Source of the DNA: Prosthecodimorpha staleyi
Lineage (GTDB): Bacteria; Pseudomonadota; Alphaproteobacteria; Rhizobiales; Ancalomicrobiaceae
Assembly: GCF_018729455.1 (NCBI RefSeq)
Contig: NZ_JAHHZF010000008.1
Span: forward strand, 236,886 to 260,885
Direction: 5' to 3'
DNA: 24,000 bases
Numbering within the stretch: the stretch's first letter is position 1; each line of letters starts with the position of its first letter. Positions 8,277 to 14,782 of the stretch are shown here, piece after piece. Under the pieces are notes generated by a model. The model ran no database searches, was not told the origin of the DNA, and saw only the letters and a program-made list of their open reading frames with translations. The position numbers were made by a program, and so were the translations under genes.

Positions 8277-9065
8277 TCAGGCCGCATCCTGCCGCGCCGA
8301 CTGGATCAGGCTGCGCAGCATGTGGGTGATCTCGATGAAATCGGGCAGGTAGGTGGTCTCCAGCGTGCGCGGGCGCGGGAACGGCACGTTATATTCGGCG
8401 ACGAAACGGCCCGGCCGCGCGCTCATGACCAGGATGCGGTCGGCCAGGAACACCGCCTCGCGCAGGTCGTGGGTGACCAGGATCACGGTCGGCTTCTTCG
8501 ACATCCAGAGATCCTGCAGCACGCCCCACAATTCCTCGCGCGTGAACATGTCGAGCGCGCCGAAGGGCTCGTCGAGCATCAGGAGCTTGGGCTCGTGGAT
8601 CAGGGCGCGGCACAGCGAGGCGCGCTGCTGCATGCCGCCGGACAGCTGCCAGGGATAGCGCTTCTCGAAGCCGGTCAGCCCGACCAGACCCATCAATTCG
8701 CGCGCCTTGGCGACATATTCGGCCTTGTGGGCGGCGAGCCGGGAGGCATGCGGCTCGACGATCTCGAGCGGCAGCATGATGTTGTCGAGCGTGTTGCGCC
8801 AGGGCAGCTGGACCGAGTTCTGGAACGCCATGCCGACGATGCCGACCGGTCCCGTGACCTTGCTGCCGGCCACCGTGACTTCGCCCCTGGTCGGCGGCCA
8901 GAGGCCGGTCACCGCCTTCATCAGGGTCGACTTGCCGCAGCCGGACGGACCGACCACGGCCACGAACTCGCCGTCGCGCACCGACATCGAGGCGTTCTTG
9001 AGCGCAAGCGTCCCCTCCGTGCCGCCATAGCGCAGCCAGATGTCCTTGAGTTCCACGAAGGCCAT
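8277..9065 (-). CDS. ABC transporter ATP-binding protein, NitT/TauT family (SsuB/TauB-like)
   Basis: Walker A GPSGCGKST, Q-loop FQN, signature LSGGMQQR, Walker B LLMLDEPFGALD, H-loop VTHD. ATG at 9063-9065, TGA at 8277-8279. 262 aa. Confidence 0.92.
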   Translation of the reverse strand: MAFVELKDIWLRYGGTEGTLALKNASMSVRDGEFVAVVGPSGCGKSTLMKAVTGLWPPTRGEVTVAGSKVTGPVGIVGMAFQNSVQLPWRNTLDNIMLPLEIVEPHASRLAAHKAEYVAKARELMGLVGLTGFEKRYPWQLSGGMQQRASLCRALIHEPKLLMLDEPFGALDMFTREELWGVLQDLWMSKKPTVILVTHDLREAVFLADRILVMSARPGRFVAEYNVPFPRPRTLETTYLPDFIEITHMLRSLIQSARQDAA

Positions 9066-9263
9066 CGTCGCTCTTCCCCGCTCGCCCGGACCGGCATGGT
9101 GAGCCGGCTGCTGCCGTCACGCAATGCCTGACTTGTTGGTAACGTCAAGCAAGAGGCGGACCAATCGGTGCTCTGCAACCCATCGCGGCCCAAAAGATTG
9201 GGGACGGCGACCCTTCCGGTCACGCGGTCGGTGCCCTTGCAGTCGCCGCGCCGCCCGCCGGCC

Positions 9264-10292
9264 TCAGCCGCCCCGCCGCCAGTGCCGGCCTTCCAGGTCG
9301 AGCCCGTAACGCTCCGGATGGGCCGCATAGGCGGCGAGGCCGACCAGGGCGGCGCGCGGATGGCGCACCAGATAGGTCGGGATGTCGGAGACCAATGCCG
9401 TGTGGGGTGCCTTGGCCTCGAAGGCGGCGCGGAAGGTGCCGTCGGTCAGGAAGCGCTCGATCTTCTGCGGAATGCCGCCGGCGATGTAGACGCCGCCGCG
9501 GGCAAGGCTCGAAAGCGCGAAATCCCCGGCGATCCGGCCGAGCGAGCGGGCGAACAGGCGCAGGGTTTCAAGCCCGATCGCCTCACCGGCCTCGGCGCCG
9601 GCGGTGACCTCCTCCGGATGATGGTACGGGCAGGGCAGGCCGCGGGCGGCCGCCACGGCGCGGGCGAGGCGCAGCATGCCGGAGCCCGACAGGATGCTCT
9701 CCCCGGTGACGCGCCCGCCGATCCGCTCAATCGCCGCCCAGACCGGCGCCTCGTCCGGCGCCTCCGGACCGAGACTGACATGGCCGCCTTCGCCCGGCAC
9801 CGGAATCCAGAGCCCGAGCGCATGGACCAGCGTCGCGACGCCGAGCCCGGTGCCGGGCCCGACCACCACCTTGGTGGCCGACGGCCGCTCGGTGCCGCCG
9901 CCGATCTGGACCAGGTCGGCGCCGTCGAGCTTCAGCGAGGGCAGGGCGAGCGCCTGCGCCTCGAAATCGTTGATCAGGAGGACGTCGTCGAGACCGAGAC
10001 GGTCGATCATCGCGCGCGGGCGGATCACCCAGGGGCAGTTGGTCAGCGCCACCTCGTCGCCGGTCACCGGTGCGGCCAGCGCCATCACGGCGCTGCGCGG
10101 CGCCGGATCGACATGGCCGAGGCTTTCGATGGCGGCGATCGGGTCGGGGAAATCGGCCGTGTGGACCGTCCGGTAGCCCGCAATGTCGGCGCCGCGATCG
10201 GCGATCAGGGCGAAGCGGGCATTGGTGCCGCCGATATCGGCGACCAGGACCGGGAAGGGAAAACTGTCGCGGGAGAGTTCGGGAGAGGGCAC
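9264..10292 (-). CDS. glk: Glucokinase
   Basis: Carries the Glk N-terminal ATP-binding motif (VLVADIGGTNARFAL) and collinear Glk-like sequence throughout (LINDFEAQA, VVGPGTGLG, GEGGHVS, GGVYIAGGI). The start is uncertain. GTG at 10290-10292 (VPSPELSRDSFPFPVLVADIGG) follows AAGGAA by 10 nt and gives 342 aa, the usual Glk size. The track's ATG 10403 or ATG 10376 would add an Arg-rich extension that does not look native. TGA at 9264-9266. Confidence 0.9.
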   Translation of the reverse strand: MPSPELSRDSFPFPVLVADIGGTNARFALIADRGADIAGYRTVHTADFPDPIAAIESLGHVDPAPRSAVMALAAPVTGDEVALTNCPWVIRPRAMIDRLGLDDVLLINDFEAQALALPSLKLDGADLVQIGGGTERPSATKVVVGPGTGLGVATLVHALGLWIPVPGEGGHVSLGPEAPDEAPVWAAIERIGGRVTGESILSGSGMLRLARAVAAARGLPCPYHHPEEVTAGAEAGEAIGLETLRLFARSLGRIAGDFALSSLARGGVYIAGGIPQKIERFLTDGTFRAAFEAKAPHTALVSDIPTYLVRHPRAALVGLAAYAAHPERYGLDLEGRHWRRGG

Positions 10293-10447
10293 GGCCGGCC
10301 GGTTCCTTGAGGATTGCGGGTGCGATTCGGCCTGAACCGGCCGCGATGCCGACCGTTCCCCCCGAACCGGCGCCATGATGCACCGAAGCCGCGCCGTCCG
10401 CATCCCGGGTTCCGGCGATCGAGCGGTATCCCGCAGTCAACCGGCTC

Positions 10448-10465
10448 GGGGGCCGTGGGGCCCCC
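10448..10465 (-). terminator. GC hairpin just downstream of the first DUF1194 gene (possible terminator, no U-tract)
   Basis: gggggcc-gtgg-ggccccc: a 7-bp all-G/C stem with a 4-nt loop, 18 nt after the stop at 10483-10485 on the minus strand. No following T/U run, so this is weak evidence only. Confidence 0.3.
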
Positions 10466-10482
10466 AGCGCATCGGCGCCCGC

Positions 10483-11340
10483 TCAGTTGCGCATCCAGTC
10501 CTGCCGTTCCTGCCACAGCCTCTCGCCGACCAAGCAGAGCGGGTTCAGCTTTTCGGCAGCCGGAACGATGCGCGGTTCGCGGGAGGCCGGCGTCGCGGGT
10601 GGGAAGTCGCCGGCGATCTCCATCAGGAGCTTCATGCGGGTGGCCGCCAGGAAGGCCTCGCGGGTCTTGATCGGCACCATGAAGGAGCCTTCGCCGCCGA
10701 CCACGCATTCTCCGTAGTAGGTGTCGAGATCGGTGATGTCCATGGTGCCGAAATTCGGCCGCTTGATCAGGATCGGCAGGCCGTTGATGACGATGCCGCG
10801 GTCGAGCACCTCGCGCCGGACCTCCTCGACCGGCAGGCCCTGGTTGTTCGGCCCGTCGCCGGAGACATCGATCACCTGGCGCAGGCCGTCATAGCCGTTG
10901 CGGTCGAAGAGCGGCGCGGAGAAGCCGAGCGCGCCCGAAATCGACGTGCGGTAGGCGCGCCGGATCGGCTGGGCCATCAGCTTGGCGACGAAGGCCTCGG
11001 CGGCGGCCTTGCCGTCGATCAGCGTCCAGTCGACGGTCAGCCGCTGCTCGGCCGCGCCGGCCCATTCGACATAGGCGACGGCGATGCGCTGGTTCGGGCC
11101 GCGCCGGATCGCCTCCAGGACCTCCGGCGAGGTGATCGCCTCGACATAGCCGGCCCGCTGCAGGCGCTGTTCGTCCTCGTCCATCGAATAGGAAATGTCG
11201 ACCGCCAGCACCAGTTCGACATCGACCCGGGTCTCCGCCCGGGCCGGCGTGCCGGCGAGCCCGGCCAGGGCGGCGAGCAGGGCAACAAGCGATGCGAAGA
11301 CACGGACTGGCAAGGCGGACCTCCCCGAAACCGGCACCAT
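10483..11340 (-). CDS. DUF1194 domain protein (secreted, vWA-like with MIDAS-type motif), paralog 1
   Basis: I place the start at ATG 11338-11340 (MVPVSGRSALPVRVFASLVALLAALAGLAGTPARA/ETR), which gives a signal peptide with an AxA cleavage site. Mature protein: LVLAVDISYSMD (DxSxS), RTSISGAL, IDVSGDGPNN, INGLPI, YYGECVVGGEGSFMVP. I recognise this as the DUF1194 family pattern. TGA at 10483-10485. Confidence 0.85.
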   Translation of the reverse strand: MVPVSGRSALPVRVFASLVALLAALAGLAGTPARAETRVDVELVLAVDISYSMDEDEQRLQRAGYVEAITSPEVLEAIRRGPNQRIAVAYVEWAGAAEQRLTVDWTLIDGKAAAEAFVAKLMAQPIRRAYRTSISGALGFSAPLFDRNGYDGLRQVIDVSGDGPNNQGLPVEEVRREVLDRGIVINGLPILIKRPNFGTMDITDLDTYYGECVVGGEGSFMVPIKTREAFLAATRMKLLMEIAGDFPPATPASREPRIVPAAEKLNPLCLVGERLWQERQDWMRN

Positions 11341-11440
11341 TCCAGGCGGATCGTCGTGCAGCGGCGGGACCCCTGCCGGGTCCGCCTCCGACGGCGAAGC
11401 CGAAACTGTGTCACGGAACGGTCGCATCGCGAAGGGCGAG

Positions 11441-11465
11441 GGCGGCGGCGCCGGCCGCCGCCGCC
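11441..11465 (-). terminator. 10-bp all-G/C hairpin between the two DUF1194 genes (possible terminator or attenuator, no U-tract)
   Basis: ggcggcggcg (11441-11450) pairs with cgccgccgcc (11456-11465) around the loop ccggc. It lies 18 nt downstream of the paralog-2 stop on the minus strand. No U-run follows. Confidence 0.25.
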
Positions 11466-11466
11466 G

Positions 11467-11480
11467 TCACGCATGCGTGA
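11467..11480. promoter_or_regulatory. Perfect 14-bp palindrome TCACGCATGCGTGA (candidate dimeric-regulator operator)
   Basis: The sequence equals its own reverse complement. It sits 2 nt beyond the paralog-2 stop codon (11483-11485) and about 125 nt upstream of the paralog-1 start. No cognate regulator can be assigned from this window. Confidence 0.25.
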
Positions 11481-11482
11481 TG

Positions 11483-12346
11483 CTACTCATAGAAACGGCA
11501 GGCCGGCGTGCCGGCCGCCGCCGCCGGGACGACCTTCAGTGCCGGCTGCAGCCCGGCGATCTCGATGATCAGCTTCATCTTCAAGGCCTTGCCGAAATTC
11601 TCCATGCCCCGGACCGGGATCATGAACGAACCCTCGCCGCCGATCACGCAATCCTCGTAGTAGCGGTCGAGCTGCGGGGCCGGCGACCAGTCGAGCGTCG
11701 TGTCCTTCATGACGATCGGCAGGCCGTTGATGGTCACGCCCTGCGCGACCAGCGCGTCGCGGGCGTCCGAGACCACCAGGCCCTGGTTGTTCGGACCGTC
11801 ACCGGAGACGTCGACCACCTTGCGGGTGGCGCGGAAGGCGGTGCGGGCGAACAGCTGGCCGGCAAAGTCGAGCGCGGCGCTGATCGAGGTGCGTTGCAGG
11901 TTGTTGAGCGGGGCGGCCCGAATCCGGGCGGCGAAGTCGCGCGCGGCGTCCTCGCCGTCGATGATCGTCCAGGGCGCGATCAGGACCTGCTGGTCCATGC
12001 TGCCCCATTCGAAATAGGCGACCGCGATGCGGTGATGGCGGCCGAAGCGGATCGCCTGGATGACCTCCGGGGCGGTCAGGGCGTCGACATAGCCGTCGCG
12101 CTGCAGGTGCTGTTCGTCCTCGTCCATGCTTTGCGAGGCATCGACGGCCAGCACCAGGGCGACGTCGACCTCGATCGGGGCGATGCCGGCATAGCCGCGC
12201 TGGGCGGCGGCCGGGCTGGCGGCGAGGGCGGCGAGCAGGACGGCGAGACCGGTCCGGAGCCCGGCGGCGGCATATCCGGAGCGGAGCCGGGACGCGAGGC
12301 GCGACCACGAAGAGAGGCGGGTCCACGAAGAGACGAGAGCATGCAC
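11483..12346 (-). CDS. DUF1194 domain protein (secreted, vWA-like with MIDAS-type motif), paralog 2
   Basis: Same architecture as paralog 1: LVLAVDASQSMD, RTSISAAL, VDVSGDGPNN, INGLPI, YYEDCVIGGEGSFMIP. Roughly half the aligned residues are identical by eye. The track start at 12400 is GTG. I prefer GTG 12344-12346 because GGAGG lies 6 nt upstream (plus-strand cctcc 12353-12357). The signal-like segment is LRTGLAVLLAALAASPAAA/Q. TAG at 11483-11485. Confidence 0.85.
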   Translation of the reverse strand: MHALVSSWTRLSSWSRLASRLRSGYAAAGLRTGLAVLLAALAASPAAAQRGYAGIAPIEVDVALVLAVDASQSMDEDEQHLQRDGYVDALTAPEVIQAIRFGRHHRIAVAYFEWGSMDQQVLIAPWTIIDGEDAARDFAARIRAAPLNNLQRTSISAALDFAGQLFARTAFRATRKVVDVSGDGPNNQGLVVSDARDALVAQGVTINGLPIVMKDTTLDWSPAPQLDRYYEDCVIGGEGSFMIPVRGMENFGKALKMKLIIEIAGLQPALKVVPAAAAGTPACRFYE

Positions 12347-12735
12347 GGCAAGCCTCCATTGGCTGCGAGGGCTCCCGGCTATTCCTCCCGGACGATGCAC
12401 GGCACGGGTCTGGCGTCAGGACCGGACCGGTACGCGGCACCGCCTTTCGATCCGATCCTTGGCGGAAGACCTCGGCGGGCCGGCCTGGATCGGGTCACGT
12501 CGTTTCACCTGCACAATCTTTCCTCATGCCTCGATTCTGTTCAAGCAACTCCTGATCCCTGAGGCGGCTCACCGAGTCTGGGTGGCAATCGTGCAACATT
12601 TCTTAACGGTGGGCCTGGGTCGGCCCGCCGGCCGGCGACGACGCAACGGCATGCTGGGGGCTCGCCAAGCCTTGGGGCTTCATGCCAACATCGTCCATCC
12701 GGGCGGAAACGGGCCGCCGCATGAGGGAGTGAGAC

Positions 12736-13731
12736 ATGTCGAAATTCGTCACCGCGCTGTTCCTGACCATGGCGGCGCTGTCGGCTCCGGCAGTGGCGCA
12801 GCAGTTCCAGCCCGCGATTCTCTACGACCTCGGCGGCCGCAACGACAAATCCTTCAACGAGGCGGCCTTCATGGGCGCCGAGAAGTTCAAGAAGGACGCC
12901 GGCGCCGAGTATCGGGACTTCGAGATCCAGAACGACGCCCAGCGCGAACAGGCGCTGCGCAACTTCGCGCGCCGCGGCCAGAACCCGATCATCGCCATCG
13001 GCTTCAGCCAGGCCCAGGCGGTCGAGAAGGTCGCCAAGGAGTTCCCGGACATCAAGTTCGCGATTGTCGACATGGTGGTCGACCTGCCCAACGTCCGCTC
13101 GATCCTGTTCCGCGAGCAGGAGGGCTCCTATCTGGTCGGCGTGCTCGCCGCGATGGCCTCCAAGTCCGGCAAGATCGGCTTCGTCGGCGGCATGGACATC
13201 CCGCTGATCAGCCGCTTCGCTTGCGGCTACGTGCAGGGCGCCAAGGCGACCAACGGCAAGATCGAGGTCTACCAGAACATGACCGGCACCACCGGCGCGG
13301 CCTGGAGCGACCCGGTCAAGGGCGGCGAACTGGCCCGCTCGCAGATCGATCGCGGCGCCGACGTGGTCTATCACGCCGCCGGCGGCACCGGCATCGGCGT
13401 GCTGCAGGCGGCCGCGGATGCCGGCAAGCTCGGCATCGGCGTCGATTCCAACCAGAACGGCCTGCATCCCGGCAAGGTGCTGACCTCGATGCTGAAGCGC
13501 GTCGACGTGGCGGTCTATGACAGCCTCAACGACGCCAAGTCCGGCAAGTTCACGGCCGGCGTCAAGGTGCTCGGCCTCGCCGAGGGCGGCGTCGGCTACG
13601 CCATGGACAATAACAACGCGGCCCTCGTCACCCCCGCCATGAAGGCCGCCGCCGACAAGGCCGCCGCCGACATCATCGCCGGCACCATCAAGGTGCACGA
13701 CTACATGGCCGACAAGAAGTGCCCGTTCTGA
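12736..13731 (+). CDS. BMP-family ABC transporter substrate-binding protein (nucleoside-binding, PnrA/Med-like)
   Basis: ATG at 12736 with GAGGGAG 8 nt upstream. Signal peptide MSKFVTALFLTMAALSAPAVA/QQ. BMP-family hallmarks are present: GGRNDKSFNEAA, IIAIGF, FVGGMDIP, GIGVDSNQ. TGA at 13729-13731. Confidence 0.92.
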   Translation: MSKFVTALFLTMAALSAPAVAQQFQPAILYDLGGRNDKSFNEAAFMGAEKFKKDAGAEYRDFEIQNDAQREQALRNFARRGQNPIIAIGFSQAQAVEKVAKEFPDIKFAIVDMVVDLPNVRSILFREQEGSYLVGVLAAMASKSGKIGFVGGMDIPLISRFACGYVQGAKATNGKIEVYQNMTGTTGAAWSDPVKGGELARSQIDRGADVVYHAAGGTGIGVLQAAADAGKLGIGVDSNQNGLHPGKVLTSMLKRVDVAVYDSLNDAKSGKFTAGVKVLGLAEGGVGYAMDNNNAALVTPAMKAAADKAAADIIAGTIKVHDYMADKKCPF

Positions 13732-13733
13732 TC

Positions 13734-13808
13734 GGGCAGTGAAGCAGGGAGTGGGCAGGTAGGCTGATCGGAAGGCAATAGGCAGTAGGCAATAGGCAAT
13801 AGGCAGTG
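13734..13808. repeat. Degenerate heptamer array; core is five tandem GGCARTR units at 13774..13808
   Basis: Core units: GGCAATA GGCAGTA GGCAATA GGCAATA GGCAGTG (13774-13808). It is preceded by looser copies, including an exact TGGGCAG at 13752-13758 and GGGCAGT at 13734-13740. The unit is the reverse complement, in cyclic register, of the downstream CTGCCCA unit. Confidence 0.85.
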
Positions 13809-13881
13809 GACAGGCGTCCGGTTTTGGGTGCCATCTTCTTCTGGCTGTTGACTATTCACTTGCCCATCGCTCAGCATCTAT

Positions 13882-13930
13882 CTGCCCACTGCCCACTGCC
13901 CACTGCCCACTGCCCACTGCCCACTGCCCA
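13882..13930. repeat. Perfect tandem heptamer array (CTGCCCA) x 7
   Basis: Counted base by base: seven uninterrupted CTGCCCA units from 13882 to 13930 (49 nt), with a near-copy TTGCCCA at 13860-13866. The array ends 27 nt before the ATG of the MBL-fold gene. Confidence 0.95.
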
Positions 13931-13957
13931 AAGCCTCTCCCCCGCCCAGGTCTCCCT

Positions 13958-14710
13958 ATGCACATCCGCTTCATCGGCTCCGGCGACGCCTTCGGTTCCG
14001 GCGGCCGGTTCCATACCTGCATCCATGTCGCCACTGCGGCCACCGAAATGCTGGTCGATCTCGGCGCCAGCGCCTTCCACGGTCTGAAGGCGTCCGGCCT
14101 CGACCTGAACCGGATCGGCGCTATCCTGCTGACGCATTTCCACGGCGACCATTTCGGCGGGCTGCCCTATTTCATCCTCGACGCTCACTACGTCTCGCAG
14201 CGCAAGGCGCCCCTGCTGATCGCCGGCCCTCCCGGCGTGGAGGCAGCCGTGGTCCGGCTCCTGGAGGCCTGCTATCCGGGCTTCATGAAGGCGCCGCGCG
14301 TCTATGAAATCCGGTTCGTCGAGATCGCCGAAGCCGTCCCGACAGACATCGCCGGGGCGACCGTCACCGCCCGCCCGGTCAAGCACGATCCCAATCTCGC
14401 CTGCTGCTACGGCTACCGGATCGCCGCCGACGGCGTCACCTTCGTCTATTCCGGCGATACGACCTGGACCGATACCCTGATCCCGCTGGCGCAGGGCGCC
14501 GACCTGTTCGCGGTCGAATGCTACACGCGGGCGCGGCCGATGGCGGTCCACATGGACTATGCGACGCTCGCCGCCCGGCTCCCCGAGATCGGCGCGCGGC
14601 GCGTCGTGCTGACCCATATGAGCCGCGACATGCTCGATCACCCGGAGGATATCCGCCACGAGATGGCTCATGACGGCTTGACGATCGAGATCGGAACGGC
14701 GCTACCCTGA
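13958..14710 (+). CDS. MBL-fold metallo-hydrolase (RNase Z / PhnP-like phosphodiesterase superfamily), 250 aa
   Basis: ATG at 13958, TGA at 14708-14710. Metallo-beta-lactamase motifs are in order: LLTHFHGDHFGG (HxHxDH), VKHDP (His), YSGDT (Asp), VLTHMS (His). No signal peptide (MHIRFIGSGDAFG), so it is predicted cytoplasmic. Codon usage looks native. Confidence 0.85.
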   Translation: MHIRFIGSGDAFGSGGRFHTCIHVATAATEMLVDLGASAFHGLKASGLDLNRIGAILLTHFHGDHFGGLPYFILDAHYVSQRKAPLLIAGPPGVEAAVVRLLEACYPGFMKAPRVYEIRFVEIAEAVPTDIAGATVTARPVKHDPNLACCYGYRIAADGVTFVYSGDTTWTDTLIPLAQGADLFAVECYTRARPMAVHMDYATLAARLPEIGARRVVLTHMSRDMLDHPEDIRHEMAHDGLTIEIGTALP

Positions 14711-14782
14711 CCGAAGTGCCGGACGGTCCGGATGCCGGACCCTTGTGCCGGCCGCGTTTTCTGCCGAGAGGCCGCCTGCCGC

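Noticed and set aside
9066-9263. Possible promoter, terminator or riboswitch in the glk / ABC-ATPase spacer: TTGACG at 9143-9148 on the minus strand, small hairpin CCCAA-n4-TTGGG at 9189-9202, GGCGAC...GTCGCC at 9206-9247
   Set aside because: The -35-like hexamer has no convincing -10 at 17-nt spacing (ATTGCG). The hairpins are short or have large loops and lack U-tracts. I looked for TPP-riboswitch hallmarks (CUGAGA, ACCUGA) because NitT/TauT transporters can carry them, and found none.
13774-13930. Heptamer arrays considered as a CRISPR array
   Set aside because: The units are 7 nt, directly abutting, with no unique spacers. No cas genes or leader are present. These are simple tandem repeats, not CRISPR.
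13806-14087. 93-aa ORF reading through the heptamer array (HCPLPTA repeats) with a hydrophobic N-terminus
   Set aside because: It starts at a GTG inside the left repeat arm with no RBS. It overlaps the well-supported MBL gene out of frame, and its repetitive peptide is just the translation of a 7-nt repeat. A 7-nt unit would also shift the frame with any change in copy number.
14719-14731. 13-nt palindrome CCGGACGGTCCGG and a nearby GC stretch followed by TTTT (about 14750-14760) between the MBL and ATPase genes
   Set aside because: The palindrome has a 1-nt centre, so it cannot form a hairpin loop. The region may in any case be coding if the ATPase starts at ATG 14732. There is no independent support for a regulatory role.
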